Shown here piece after piece: positions 28,754 through 38,720 of a stretch of 64,000 nt of DNA (positions within the stretch are counted from its first letter, which is position 1; each line of letters starts with the position of its first letter). Where the stretch lies: the NCBI GenBank assembly GCA_963457525.1, contig OY734805.1, positions 2,330,900 through 2,394,899 on the forward strand, written 5' to 3'. Below the pieces are notes generated by a model, which saw nothing but the letters and a program-made list of their open reading frames with translations, was not told where the DNA came from and made no database searches. The position numbers and the translations under genes were made by a program. This DNA comes from Parvibaculaceae bacterium. GTDB lineage: Bacteria; Pseudomonadota; Alphaproteobacteria; JAPOUT01.

Positions 28754-30072
28754 GGATTTTTCCCGACCCGCACGTGCCAGCGCATCGGAACGCCGTGCAG
28801 TCCGAAGGCAATGCGCGCTTCTTTCATCAGATAACGCCTGTATGAGTCCGGCAGGGCCGCGCGGTTGCAGAAAAGCGCAAAACTCGGCGGACAGACATCA
28901 ACCTGCGTTGCATAACGCAAACGAAGCCGCGACCGCCCCCGCATGGGAAGCGGATGCGCCTTTATGACATCGCGCAGCCACTGGTTCAACTGCGCGGTGG
29001 GAATGCGCGCGCTCCAGAGTTGATGCATGGAAAAAACCGTTTCCATCAGCGCGTCCATGCCGGTCCCGTCCAGGGCGCAGACCGGCGTCAGGGTCAGTCC
29101 CGCAACCTGCGGGAGGGTTTCTTCAATGCGTTCCTGGATTTGCTTGAGCTGTTCGTTCGGCTGGACGAGGAGGTCGGTTTTGTTGACACCGATGACGAGC
29201 CCCTTCCCCGCTTCGATGACCCTGTTGGCGAGTCGCGCGTCCTGCCTTTCAAACCCCTGCGTCGCATCAAGCAGCAGCACGACGACTTCGGCCTTCCGAA
29301 TCGCTTTAAGGCTGTCGGTGACGGCGAGTTGTTCGAGTTTTTCCTCAATGCGGGACGGCCGCCGCATTCCGGCGGTGTCGACAAGCCGGAGTTTTTGCCC
29401 GTTCCATTCCCAAGAAACATCAATGGCGTCGCGGGTGATCCCGGGGGTGTCACCGGTAAGCATCCGTTCCTCGCCGACGAGTTTGTTGACCAGGCTGGAT
29501 TTCCCGACATTCGGCCTGCCGATGATCGCAATGGAGACTTCGTTGCCCTCTTCGGGCGCGGGTTCGGAAGCATCGTCTTTTTCTTTCACGTGCCCGATGA
29601 TAGCGTTGTGCAATTCGGCAAGCCCCTCGCCGTGGGCCGCGGACAGGGGTATGGCTTCACCGAGTCCGAACTCCCAAATGCCGTCAATATTGTCGGGGTT
29701 GATGCCGCCTTCGCACTTGTTCGCGGCCAGGAGTACGGGTTTGTTCATTTGCCGCAACTGCTTTGCAAAGTGCAACTCCTCGGGAAGCACTCCGGCCCGG
29801 GCATCCACGAGCATGATGCAAAGGTCGGCGCGTTCGGCCGCGTGCTTGGCGGTTTGCGACATTTGCGCGACAAGCGAATCAGGCGGAGCCTCTTCGAGTC
29901 CGGGCGTATCGATGATGTTGAAGCGGAGCTCGCCAAGTTGAGCCGGTCCCTCGCGCCAATCGCGGCTGACTCCAGGGGTCGGATGAACAAGCGCCTTCTG
30001 TCTGCCGGCAAGCCGGTTGAAAAGACTGGATTTTCCGACGTTTGGACGCCCTAGTATGGCGATGGTAAACAC
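28744..30072 (-). CDS. der: Ribosome biogenesis GTPase Der (EngA), two tandem GTPase domains
   Basis: Two G1 motifs (GRPNVGKSSL twice), DTPG/DTAG, and a KH-like C-terminus. Confidence 0.9.
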   Translation of the reverse strand: MFTIAILGRPNVGKSSLFNRLAGRQKALVHPTPGVSRDWREGPAQLGELRFNIIDTPGLEEAPPDSLVAQMSQTAKHAAERADLCIMLVDARAGVLPEELHFAKQLRQMNKPVLLAANKCEGGINPDNIDGIWEFGLGEAIPLSAAHGEGLAELHNAIIGHVKEKDDASEPAPEEGNEVSIAIIGRPNVGKSSLVNKLVGEERMLTGDTPGITRDAIDVSWEWNGQKLRLVDTAGMRRPSRIEEKLEQLAVTDSLKAIRKAEVVVLLLDATQGFERQDARLANRVIEAGKGLVIGVNKTDLLVQPNEQLKQIQERIEETLPQVAGLTLTPVCALDGTGMDALMETVFSMHQLWSARIPTAQLNQWLRDVIKAHPLPMRGRSRLRLRYATQVDVCPPSFALFCNRAALPDSYRRYLMKEARIAFGLHGVPMRWHVRVGKNPYA

Positions 30073-30080
30073 GGCTGAGA

Positions 30081-31394
30081 CTACTGGTATGCGGTGAGTC
30101 GGGCGTTGTCCGTGAGAATGTATACGGTTTCGTTTGCAACGACGGGCGCAAGGAATCCGTCGCCTTCGAGCGATATGGACTCGTTGATGTCGCCGTTGCC
30201 CGGATCAACGATGATGCCTTGCGAGTCGGAAGAGACGAGAAGGAGCGCGCCGCCGACAAGAACGGGGCCCGCCCATTCGGTCGCGGCGGAATCGCCCGAT
30301 TGCGTCACCGGAAGTTTTTTCGACCAGAAGACTCCTCCGGTTTCGCGCGAGAGGCAGATAAGCACGCCGTCGGACAAAACCACAAAAATGTATTTGTCGA
30401 CAACCACCGGGGTTTGCACCCCGTCAATTTGCTGCGCCCAATTGCGCCGGCCGCTGCGCAAATCAATGGAGACTATTCCGCCTGCGTGGGAAACAACAAT
30501 GACCTCGCCGCTGTCAACGACCGGACGCGCGGAAATGTCGTTGATTTGCGAAAGAGACGTTGAAGATGCGGACGCGCTGAGCTGGTCGCGCCAGAGCACG
30601 CTTCCGGTATCAACGCGAATGGCAACGACCTCGCCGGAACTGTACGGCACGATGACGGTAGAATCAATCACGGCGGGCGAAGTCGATCCGAGAATGGAGG
30701 CAATTTCGCTGACGCCCTGATGCGCCCAGAGCTGCATGCCGGTGTTTGCGTCGTATGCGGCCATGTTGTTGTCGTAGGTTTCGACAAAAATTCTGTCATC
30801 GAACGCGGTCGGAGACGCCCTGAAAGGTATGCCGACGGGGTTGTGCCAAATGCGCTCGCCGGTGACCGCGTCCAGCGCGAAAAGATCTCCGAATCCGGTC
30901 GCGACAAAGATTTTACCGTTTTCGAAGGCAATGCCCCCGCCAAATCCTTCATCCTCGTCCTCATCTTCGGGCACAAGGTCAACTTCCCAGATTTCATCGC
31001 CGTCCACCGTGTCAAAAGCCCGCACCTGCGCGTTCGTGTCGAGGACGTATGCGCGCCCGTCGGCAATAATGGGAACGGCAGTCAAAAATCCGTCGGAACT
31101 CGACCCCTGCCCCGCGGAAATTTCCCAAACAGGCTCAAGCGGAAGGGACGCCGCGAGGCTTCCCGGCGAGTTGGCGGGGTTTCCCCCGGGCTGCGACCAC
31201 TGCGTGTTAATAACCGGATTCGGAAGAACGATTGTTTGGTCCTGAAGATCCGGATCGGCTTCAATCGCCTCTTGCGGCGAGAGAATGGAGTAGCGTTCGC
31301 CGGACAGGATTTCACCGTCTCCGACGTCGCAACCGGAAATTACCACGAACGCACCGACCCATAAGAAGGACGAGTATTTGCGAATAGATGTCAT
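30081..31394 (-). CDS. bamB: Outer-membrane protein assembly factor BamB (PQQ beta-propeller lipoprotein)
   Basis: Lipoprotein-like signal (VISGCDV), repeated PQQ-type blades, and der-bamB-yfgM synteny. Confidence 0.85.
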   Translation of the reverse strand: MTSIRKYSSFLWVGAFVVISGCDVGDGEILSGERYSILSPQEAIEADPDLQDQTIVLPNPVINTQWSQPGGNPANSPGSLAASLPLEPVWEISAGQGSSSDGFLTAVPIIADGRAYVLDTNAQVRAFDTVDGDEIWEVDLVPEDEDEDEGFGGGIAFENGKIFVATGFGDLFALDAVTGERIWHNPVGIPFRASPTAFDDRIFVETYDNNMAAYDANTGMQLWAHQGVSEIASILGSTSPAVIDSTVIVPYSSGEVVAIRVDTGSVLWRDQLSASASSTSLSQINDISARPVVDSGEVIVVSHAGGIVSIDLRSGRRNWAQQIDGVQTPVVVDKYIFVVLSDGVLICLSRETGGVFWSKKLPVTQSGDSAATEWAGPVLVGGALLLVSSDSQGIIVDPGNGDINESISLEGDGFLAPVVANETVYILTDNARLTAYQ

Positions 31395-32074
31395 TGTTCT
31401 TCTTCTTCCTCTGGCTTGTATTCAAAGAGTCTGAGAAGCGCCTTGGCCCGTTCTTTAAGATACGGCGAAGCGTCTTCTTCATCGGGAATGCGACGGTAGA
31501 ATTCGAGAGCATCGTCCCGGTATCCTTGCTCGATGGCGGCAAGCGCTAGAATCTCGCCGGCCATGAGCCTGCCCGCACGCTGGGAATCGGCCAGCGGACG
31601 CAAGGCCGTTTCAACGGCTTCCCACGCGCCGCCGCCAAGCAGGGTAAGCCCGGCGTAAATGCGCGCGACATCCTTGAACGCCTGGGGGATTTCAATGCCG
31701 CCGGTGCCGCGGTGCTCGTAAATGCTCTGGTAGATGGCAAGGGCGGCAGGACGCTCGCCGGCGTCCTCAAGGGCGGCGGCCTCCTGGAAGCGCGCGAGCA
31801 GCCCGTATCCCGATGCCTCCGCGAGCGCAAGATTCTCAAGGGTCTGGCGGTTGGGCTCCGTGTTGCTCTCGCGGATGGCCTCAACAGCCTGCTCGTATTC
31901 GAAAGAAGCTTGCAACTGGCGGCTTTCGACCCACGCGCGCCAGCCGAACGATCCTGCAACGGCAAGCAGCAGCGCGGCGACGACGCCAATGGCGTAAACA
32001 CCGTATTCGTTCCAAAGCTTTTGATAGCGCTCGCGTCGAAGGTCTTCTTCGACTTCGCGTAAGATATCAACCAT
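31391..32074 (-). CDS. YfgM-like TPR-containing membrane protein
   Basis: The start is moved to the ATG at 32074 (MVDILREVEEDLRRERYQKLWNEYGVYAIGVVAALLLAV) because the longer ORF would overlap panB. Single TM plus TPR-like C-terminus, upstream of bamB as in many proteobacteria. Confidence 0.65.
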   Translation of the reverse strand: MVDILREVEEDLRRERYQKLWNEYGVYAIGVVAALLLAVAGSFGWRAWVESRQLQASFEYEQAVEAIRESNTEPNRQTLENLALAEASGYGLLARFQEAAALEDAGERPAALAIYQSIYEHRGTGGIEIPQAFKDVARIYAGLTLLGGGAWEAVETALRPLADSQRAGRLMAGEILALAAIEQGYRDDALEFYRRIPDEEDASPYLKERAKALLRLFEYKPEEEEEQ

Positions 32075-32948
32075 TTGCTGCGGATTTCTTATGTTGCGGT
32101 TGTGTGGTTTGTTTTCGACGCGGAAGCTGTTCGATGTTCGCATGATAGACATGCTCGGCGGACGGGAAACGACGCGCTCGAACATCTTCGGCAAAATCAA
32201 TCACGGCCTGCCGAAGGACATTGTCGAGCCGTGCGTATTGTTTTGTGAAACGCGGAGGGTTCTGCGTGAGGCCAAGCATGTCTTCGGCAACCAGGATTTG
32301 CCCCTGGCAGTGCGGAGACGCCCCGATGCCGATGAGGGGAACGGAAGCGGCTTGCGAAATCTCCCGCGCAACCGGCTCGATCACCCCCTCGATCACGATG
32401 GAAAAGACTCCGGCCTTCTCGAGGGCGGCCGCGTCTTCGAGCAGTGCGCTCCGCTCGTCCGGATGTTTGCCGACGACTTTGTATCCTCCGGGAGTCTGAA
32501 CGCTTTGCGGGAGAATGCCGATGTGTCCCATGACGTTGATTCCGTTGTCGACCAAATGCTTCACGATATCCGCGCGAACGCTGCCGCCTTCGAGCTTGAC
32601 GCCGGCGCACCCGGTTTCGCAAACGAGCCGCCTGGCGTTGGCAAGGGCGCTGCCGGAAGTGTCGTATGTCCCCCGCGGCATGTCGACGACGGTGAGTGCA
32701 TGTTTCGAGTTTTGCGCGACGGCGCATGCGTGCGCGATCATCATCTCAAGGGTGACATCGCGGGTGCTTTCCATCCCGTAGAGCACCATCCCGAGAGAAT
32801 CACCCACAAGCAGGATGTCAACGTGCTCGTCCAGTAACCGCGCAATATATGCGCTATATGCGGTAAGGCACACGAGCGGCGGCTCCGCGGCTTCCCGTCC
32901 TTTTATACTCTCAATGCTGACGCGCGCGCCTGCTGGCTCGGCTGACAT
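32067..32948 (-). CDS. panB: 3-methyl-2-oxobutanoate hydroxymethyltransferase
   Basis: LTAYSAYIARLLDEHVDILLVGDSLGMVLYG...KLEGG motifs. Start at the ATG preceded by AGGAG. Confidence 0.9.
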   Translation of the reverse strand: MSAEPAGARVSIESIKGREAAEPPLVCLTAYSAYIARLLDEHVDILLVGDSLGMVLYGMESTRDVTLEMMIAHACAVAQNSKHALTVVDMPRGTYDTSGSALANARRLVCETGCAGVKLEGGSVRADIVKHLVDNGINVMGHIGILPQSVQTPGGYKVVGKHPDERSALLEDAAALEKAGVFSIVIEGVIEPVAREISQAASVPLIGIGASPHCQGQILVAEDMLGLTQNPPRFTKQYARLDNVLRQAVIDFAEDVRARRFPSAEHVYHANIEQLPRRKQTTQPQHKKSAANG

Positions 32949-33004
32949 AATCAATCTCCTGATTTCCCCGTAACGGGTCACTTATAGCACATTTTAGGCG
33001 CAAA

Positions 33005-33988
33005 GTGCTAGACTTGGGGGAGATTGGAACGATAAACGGGAGAATCACGGTGCGGGCATTTTTATTCCCTGGACAGGGAAGCCAGAAGGTCGGGATGGGG
33101 AAAGAATTGGCGGATGCCTACGCACCCGCCCGCGAGGTCTTCGAGGCGGTGGACGAGGCGCTGGGGGAAGCCCTGTCCAGGCTGATGTGGGAGGGGCCCG
33201 AAGAGCAACTGACCCTGACGCAGAATGCCCAGCCGGCGCTGATGGCGGTCTCAATGGCGGTGATGGAAGTGCTGCGCCGGGAGGGAAACTTGGACATTTC
33301 GAAACAGGTGGATTTTGTTGCGGGACACTCGCTGGGGGAATACTCGGCCTTGTGTTCGGCCGGGATGTTCTCGCTCGCGGATACGGCGAAACTGCTGCGG
33401 CTTCGGGGAGAGGCGATGCAGCGCGCGGTTCCGAGCGGCAAAGGATCCATGGCCGCAGTGCTGGGCTTGGAGGTCGAACAAGTTGTCGAAGTCGCCGAAG
33501 CCGCCGCGGAAGGTGAAGTCTGCGTTGTAGCCAATGACAACGCCCCCGGACAAATTGTCGTGAGCGGCCATGCGGATGCCGTTTCGCGCGCAATGTCCCT
33601 GGCGAAAGAGCGCGGCGCGAAGCGATCAATACCCTTGTCGGTCAGCGCGCCGTTTCATTGTCCGTTGATGTCCCCCGCCGCCGACGAGATGCGCAACGCC
33701 TTGTCGGGCGTGGAGGTCTCCGCGCCGATGCTTCCCGTGATTGCCAATGTGACCGCCTCTCCCGTGAATTCGCAGACCGAAATTTTAGACTTGTTGGTTG
33801 AGCAGATAGTGTCTATGGTTCGTTGGCGCGAGAGCATGGACTATCTTGTCTCTGCGGGGGTGAAGGATGTGGCGGAAGTTGGCGCGGGAAGCGTTTTGAC
33901 GGGCCTGGCTCGACGCTGTTCTTCGGATTTCACCACGGGAACGCTGGGCACGCCGGACGAGATTGAGGGTTTTCTTAAGGGGTTATGA
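33005..33988 (+). CDS. fabD: ACP S-malonyltransferase (start may be the GTG at 33050)
   Basis: FLFPGQGSQKVGMG...GHSLGEYSAL active-site serine motif. Confidence 0.9.
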   Translation: MLDLGEIGTINGRITVRAFLFPGQGSQKVGMGKELADAYAPAREVFEAVDEALGEALSRLMWEGPEEQLTLTQNAQPALMAVSMAVMEVLRREGNLDISKQVDFVAGHSLGEYSALCSAGMFSLADTAKLLRLRGEAMQRAVPSGKGSMAAVLGLEVEQVVEVAEAAAEGEVCVVANDNAPGQIVVSGHADAVSRAMSLAKERGAKRSIPLSVSAPFHCPLMSPAADEMRNALSGVEVSAPMLPVIANVTASPVNSQTEILDLLVEQIVSMVRWRESMDYLVSAGVKDVAEVGAGSVLTGLARRCSSDFTTGTLGTPDEIEGFLKGL

Positions 33989-33991
33989 GCA

Positions 33992-34729
33992 ATGTTTGAT
34001 TTAAGCGGCAAGAGCGCATTGATAACCGGAGCATCCGGCGGATTGGGCTCGGATATCGCCCGTGCGCTCCACAGCAAGGGCGCCCGGGTTGGCTTGTCCG
34101 GAACCCGCAAGGATGCCCTGGACGCGCTTGCCGGCGAACTGGGCGAGCGCGCCGATGTATTCGTGTGCGACCTTCATGATTCGGCGAGCATCAAGGACCT
34201 CGCCACGGCCGCGGACGAGACGCTTGAGGGCGTAGACATCCTCGTCAACAATGCCGCCATCACCCGCGATAATATCTACATGCGCATGAGCGACGAGCAG
34301 TGGAACGAGGTTTTGACGGTCAATCTCACCGCGCCCTTCCTGCTGACGCGCGCGCTCCTGCGTGGCATGATCAAGCGCCGCTGGGGACGGGTGATGTTCA
34401 TGACCTCCGTGGTCGGCTTCACCGGCAACCCCGGACAGGCGAACTATACGGCGTCCAAGGCGGGGCTGTCGGGAATGGCCCGCTCGCTGGCTCTGGAAGT
34501 TGCCGCCCGCAATATCACCGTCAATTGCATAGCCCCCGGATTTATGGAAACCCCGATGACGGCAGGGTTGAGCGAGGAGCAGAGTGGGGCTATCCTAGCA
34601 AGGATACCGCAGGGGCGGATGGGCTCGGGCGGGGATATTGGCGCGGTCGCGGCCTATTTGGCCAGCGAGGAAGCTGGCTATACGACGGGGCAGACGCTCC
34701 ATGTGAACGGCGGGATGGCAATGGTGTAA
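33992..34729 (+). CDS. fabG: 3-oxoacyl-ACP reductase
   Basis: ALITGASGGLGSDIARAL...NAAITRD...YTASKAGLSGMARSLA. Confidence 0.9.
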   Translation: MFDLSGKSALITGASGGLGSDIARALHSKGARVGLSGTRKDALDALAGELGERADVFVCDLHDSASIKDLATAADETLEGVDILVNNAAITRDNIYMRMSDEQWNEVLTVNLTAPFLLTRALLRGMIKRRWGRVMFMTSVVGFTGNPGQANYTASKAGLSGMARSLALEVAARNITVNCIAPGFMETPMTAGLSEEQSGAILARIPQGRMGSGGDIGAVAAYLASEEAGYTTGQTLHVNGGMAMV

Positions 34730-34828
34730 GAAAGGCTTGCAAGAAAATCCAACCGTTCTATAAAAGAAGCACATGGCGGGTGATTTCGAATCCGCTGTAT
34801 TCGTGGAAACTAAAAATGAGGTTATAAA

Positions 34829-35083
34829 ATGAGCAATCCGTCTGATGATATCGCCGAGCGCGTAAAACAAGTTATAGCGAAAAAGACCAAGAAAAATTAT
34901 GACGAGATCAGTGAATCTTCGAGTTTTCTTGAGGACATGAATTTGGACAGCCTCGCTATCGTTGAGGTGATCATGGAACTGGAGGATGAGTTTGATCAGG
35001 AGATTCCCGACAGCGATGCCGAGAAGATTCTGACGGTTGGCGATGCCATCGAGTACATCAAATCGCATTCATCCGGCTCATAA
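34829..35083 (+). CDS. acpP: Acyl carrier protein
   Basis: LEDMNLDSLAIVEVIMELEDEF with the phosphopantetheine Ser in the DSL motif. Confidence 0.9.
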   Translation: MSNPSDDIAERVKQVIAKKTKKNYDEISESSSFLEDMNLDSLAIVEVIMELEDEFDQEIPDSDAEKILTVGDAIEYIKSHSSGS

Positions 35084-36059
35084 GAAATCGAAGCAACGCG
35101 TCCGCGCGACTGTGTTGCTTCTTTTATTTTTAAGTTTGCTGTTTTCTGCCGGTTATACCGGTTGGCGGAAAATTTCACACGCTTGGATGTCCCCGGGAGA
35201 TTATGCCGGCGGCGTTGTCACAATACCGTCCGGTAGCAGCCTCGGGTCGATAGTGGAACAGTTGCATCGGGAAGATGTCATTGAGTCGCCTGTGCTGTTT
35301 CGTCTGGGCGTGATGTTTTTGGGAACGCAGCGAAATCTTCAAGCCGGAGAGTTCCAGATACCGGCACGTGCGAGTCTCTCGCAAATCGCGGGGATATTAA
35401 GTCGCGGCCGCAGCGTTGCCTACAAGGTGACGGTCCCGGAAGGCACAACAAGTTGGGAGGTTGTTCAAATCCTGCGTTCGAATCCCGATTTAACCGGCGA
35501 AATCATTTCGGTTCCCGAAGAAGGTTCCCTGCTTCCCGAGACTTATCATTTTGAACGTGGAGACAAGCGCACCGACGTGTTAGAACGCATGATGAAGGCT
35601 TCCGGCGACAAACTTGATTCATTATGGCGGCAACGGAATCTGAATATTCCCTTGGATACGCCTTATGAAGCGCTGATACTGGCGTCTATAGTGGAGAAAG
35701 AAACGGCATTGGAACACGAACGCCCCGTGGTGGCCGCAGTGTTTTTGAACCGATTGGAGAAAGGCATGCGTCTGCAGGCGGACCCGACGGTGATTTACGG
35801 ACTGACTTTGGGAAAAGAACCGCTCGGACGGCCGCTTCGTCGCAGCGAGTTGAAACAGGATACGCCGTATAACAGTTATCGCCGGAGCGGCCTGCCCCCG
35901 ACGCCGATCTGCAATCCCGGAGCCGCAAGTTTGGAGGCGGTGTTGAACCCGATAGAAAGCAACTTTTTATATTTTGTCGCCGACGGCAAGGGCGGCCATC
36001 GTTTTGCCGCGACCCTGGCGGAACACCGGCGCAATGTGAAGGCGTGGCGAAACAAATGA
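35037..36059 (+). CDS. mltG: Endolytic murein transglycosylase MltG (YceG family). The true start is probably a GTG or TTG near 35110, downstream of the acpP stop.
   Basis: N-terminal TM, then GEFQIPARASLSQIAGIL...VTVPEGTTSWEV...ADPTVIYG YceG motifs. Confidence 0.85.
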   Translation: MAMPSSTSNRIHPAHKKSKQRVRATVLLLLFLSLLFSAGYTGWRKISHAWMSPGDYAGGVVTIPSGSSLGSIVEQLHREDVIESPVLFRLGVMFLGTQRNLQAGEFQIPARASLSQIAGILSRGRSVAYKVTVPEGTTSWEVVQILRSNPDLTGEIISVPEEGSLLPETYHFERGDKRTDVLERMMKASGDKLDSLWRQRNLNIPLDTPYEALILASIVEKETALEHERPVVAAVFLNRLEKGMRLQADPTVIYGLTLGKEPLGRPLRRSELKQDTPYNSYRRSGLPPTPICNPGAASLEAVLNPIESNFLYFVADGKGGHRFAATLAEHRRNVKAWRNK

Positions 36060-36682
36060 AGCGCCGGGGCCTGATGTTCGCCGTCTCTTCGCCCTCGGGA
36101 GCGGGAAAGACGAGTCTGTGCAGGGAACTGTTGGAGCAGGAAGGCGCAAACCTGGAATTATCGATTTCCGTGACCACCCGGGAGCGCCGCGACGGCGAGA
36201 TGGACGGCAAGCATTACCATTTCCGCAGCGAATCGGATTTTCACGCTATGCGGGAAGGCGGCGAATTGATAGAACACGCCGAAGTTTTTTCCAACTGGTA
36301 CGGCACTCCCCGCAAACCGGTGGAGAGGGCTTTGTTGGAAGGCCGCGACATTTTGTTCGACATCGACTGGCAAGGCGTGAGGCAGTTGCGGGACGGCTCG
36401 CCGGATGATCTGGTTTCATTGTTTTTGCTGCCCCCGGATGGTGGCGAATTGCTCAACCGTCTGCGAACCCGTGCCCAAGACAGCGAGGATGTGATCGGCA
36501 AGCGCATGAAGATGGCATCAAGCGAAGTCGACCATTACGGCGAATACGATTACATCATTATCAATCGCGACCTGGGCGAATCCGTCTCCGCCGCCCGCGC
36601 AATCCTGACCGCTGAACGCCACCGCCGTGAGCGGCTTGTCGGATTGGATAACTGGATTGCAGACCTGCAAAAGCAGCTGTAA
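36056..36682 (+). CDS. gmk: Guanylate kinase
   Basis: MFAVSSPSGAGKTSL P-loop and TTRERRDGEMDGKHYHF. ATGA overlap with the mltG stop. Confidence 0.9.
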   Translation: MKRRGLMFAVSSPSGAGKTSLCRELLEQEGANLELSISVTTRERRDGEMDGKHYHFRSESDFHAMREGGELIEHAEVFSNWYGTPRKPVERALLEGRDILFDIDWQGVRQLRDGSPDDLVSLFLLPPDGGELLNRLRTRAQDSEDVIGKRMKMASSEVDHYGEYDYIIINRDLGESVSAARAILTAERHRRERLVGLDNWIADLQKQL

Positions 36683-36690
36683 ACGCTCCT

Positions 36691-37611
36691 TTACTGTTTG
36701 CGCCTGCCGAAATCCGGTTCTTTGGTGTCTTCGCCGGCTTCAAGAATCTTTTCCCGAACCTCTCGAGCGCGAAGGATTGCATCTTCGATGTAATTGGCAT
36801 TACCTGTCTTGATCGCTTCACGCAAACCATTTAGATCTTTGGAAAAGTGATCCAGCATTTCGAGAACGGCCTCCCGATTATGCAGAAAAACATCCCGCCA
36901 CATAACAGCATTTGAAGACGCGATGCGCGTGAAGTCCCTGAATCCTCCCGCTGAAAATTTAACAACCTCACCCTCTGTGGCCTTCTCCAAGTGTACCGCC
37001 GAATCAGTAATCCCGAAGGCAATAAGATGCGGCAGATGACTTGTCATTGCCAATACCCAATCATGGTGCTCGGTATTCATGGAGGTTACTTTCGCACCGC
37101 ATCCTTCCCAAAAGGCCTGAAGTTTCTTGACCGCCGATTCGTCTGCTCCTTCCGAAGGCGTGAAAATGCACCAACGCCCGTCAAACAGTTCTGCAAAACC
37201 GGCATCCGGGCCCGACTCCTCCGTTCCCGCAACGGGATGTGCGGGGATGAAGGTAACGCCCTCGGGGATATGCGGTTTCAATGCACGCACAACAGAACCC
37301 TTCACCGAGCCGGTATCGCTAACAACACAACCTTGCTTGAGATGTCCTCTTATTATCTTGCCTGCCTCTTCCATCGCGCCGACCGGAACGCACAGCAGAA
37401 CCAAATCCGCGTCTGCCACTGCTGAAGGCACATCCGAGGTGATATCATCACAAAATCCTAATTCATCTGCGCGCTCTAAAACATGATGATCATCGTCACA
37501 ACCGACAATGGTGGTTTTTTCCCAGCGTCTTCGAATGGCGTGTGCGAGCGACGAGCCTATCAACCCCAGCCCGACGATTACGACACGTTGAAAGATCGGC
37601 TCGCCGCTCAT
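36691..37611 (-). CDS. tyrC: Prephenate/arogenate (cyclohexadienyl) dehydrogenase
   Basis: VVIVGLGLIGSSLAHAIRR Rossmann motif. ATGA overlap with the hisC stop. Start set at the internal ATG (MSGEPIFQ). Confidence 0.85.
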   Translation of the reverse strand: MSGEPIFQRVVIVGLGLIGSSLAHAIRRRWEKTTIVGCDDDHHVLERADELGFCDDITSDVPSAVADADLVLLCVPVGAMEEAGKIIRGHLKQGCVVSDTGSVKGSVVRALKPHIPEGVTFIPAHPVAGTEESGPDAGFAELFDGRWCIFTPSEGADESAVKKLQAFWEGCGAKVTSMNTEHHDWVLAMTSHLPHLIAFGITDSAVHLEKATEGEVVKFSAGGFRDFTRIASSNAVMWRDVFLHNREAVLEMLDHFSKDLNGLREAIKTGNANYIEDAILRAREVREKILEAGEDTKEPDFGRRKQ

Positions 37612-38720
37612 GACGCGGCCAACTCCACAGGGTGCGACACAATCTCGCCAAGCGCTTCGACAACGGCGCGATTTTCCCGCTCCAGCCCGACCGACAATCG
37701 AAGACAATCATCCAAGCCATAGGCTTCCATGCGGCGCAGAATGATTCCCTTCTTTTGCAAAAACGCATCCACTTCCGGTGCGGTTAGCGGCGAAGGTATT
37801 CGCACCAGCAGAAAGTTTCCAACGCTCGGAAACGCCTCGTATCCCGCATTGTTGATGTTTTCCAGCAACCATGGAAGCCATTTGTTGTTGTGTTCGATAG
37901 AACCTTGCAAAAAGCCCTCATCTTTGAGAGCGGCGATAGCGGCGCCCTGTGCAACTCCGCTGACATTAAACGGCGAGCGCACTTTATTAAGCGTGCCGAT
38001 GATGTTATCTGCGGCATATCCCCATCCAACGCGCAATCCGGCGAGCCCGTACGCCTTCGAAAAAGTGCGGGTTATCAACACATTGCTTTCGTTGCGTGCG
38101 AGCGCGATGCCGGTATCATAATCATCAACTTGAACATATTCGGCGTAAGCGCCGTCCAGCACGAGAAGAATGTCGCTGCGCAACCCCTGATGCAGCCGGC
38201 GAATACCATCGCTGTTGAGGTAGCTTCCGGTTGGATTGTTCGGATTTGCAATGAACACGATGCGGGTCCGCTGCGTGACCGCGGACAGGATTGCGTCCAC
38301 ATCGGTGCACAACGACTTCTCCGGCACCGCAACGCCAACGGCATCGGCGCTTTGTGCAACGATTGGATAGACAAGAAAACCATGCGCGCTATAGAGCACT
38401 TCGTCGCCCGGACGCAGATAGCCCCTGCCGAGAAGATGGAAAAGCTCATCCGACCCCGCACCGCAAATAATCCTGTCCGCCTCAATGCCGTGATGATTCG
38501 CCAGGGCGTCTCGCAGCGGCTTTGCCGAGGCGTTCGGGTAGCGTGACACGCCTTCCGCATTCGTTTTCCTTATTGCCTCCAATGCCTCCGGCGAACATCC
38601 TAGCGGCGACTCGTTCGATGAGAGTTTTATGACCTCGCTTACACCGGAGAGTTTACTCGCGCCCGCAACATAGGCTTCGATAGCATCAATGCCTTTGTGT
38701 GGAGAAGGCTGCTTGCTCAC
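37608..38720 (-). CDS. hisC: Histidinol-phosphate aminotransferase
   Basis: IKLSSNESPLG...class-II aminotransferase with the FSKAYGLAGLRVGW PLP-lysine region. Confidence 0.9.
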   Translation of the reverse strand: MSKQPSPHKGIDAIEAYVAGASKLSGVSEVIKLSSNESPLGCSPEALEAIRKTNAEGVSRYPNASAKPLRDALANHHGIEADRIICGAGSDELFHLLGRGYLRPGDEVLYSAHGFLVYPIVAQSADAVGVAVPEKSLCTDVDAILSAVTQRTRIVFIANPNNPTGSYLNSDGIRRLHQGLRSDILLVLDGAYAEYVQVDDYDTGIALARNESNVLITRTFSKAYGLAGLRVGWGYAADNIIGTLNKVRSPFNVSGVAQGAAIAALKDEGFLQGSIEHNNKWLPWLLENINNAGYEAFPSVGNFLLVRIPSPLTAPEVDAFLQKKGIILRRMEAYGLDDCLRLSVGLERENRAVVEALGEIVSHPVELAAS

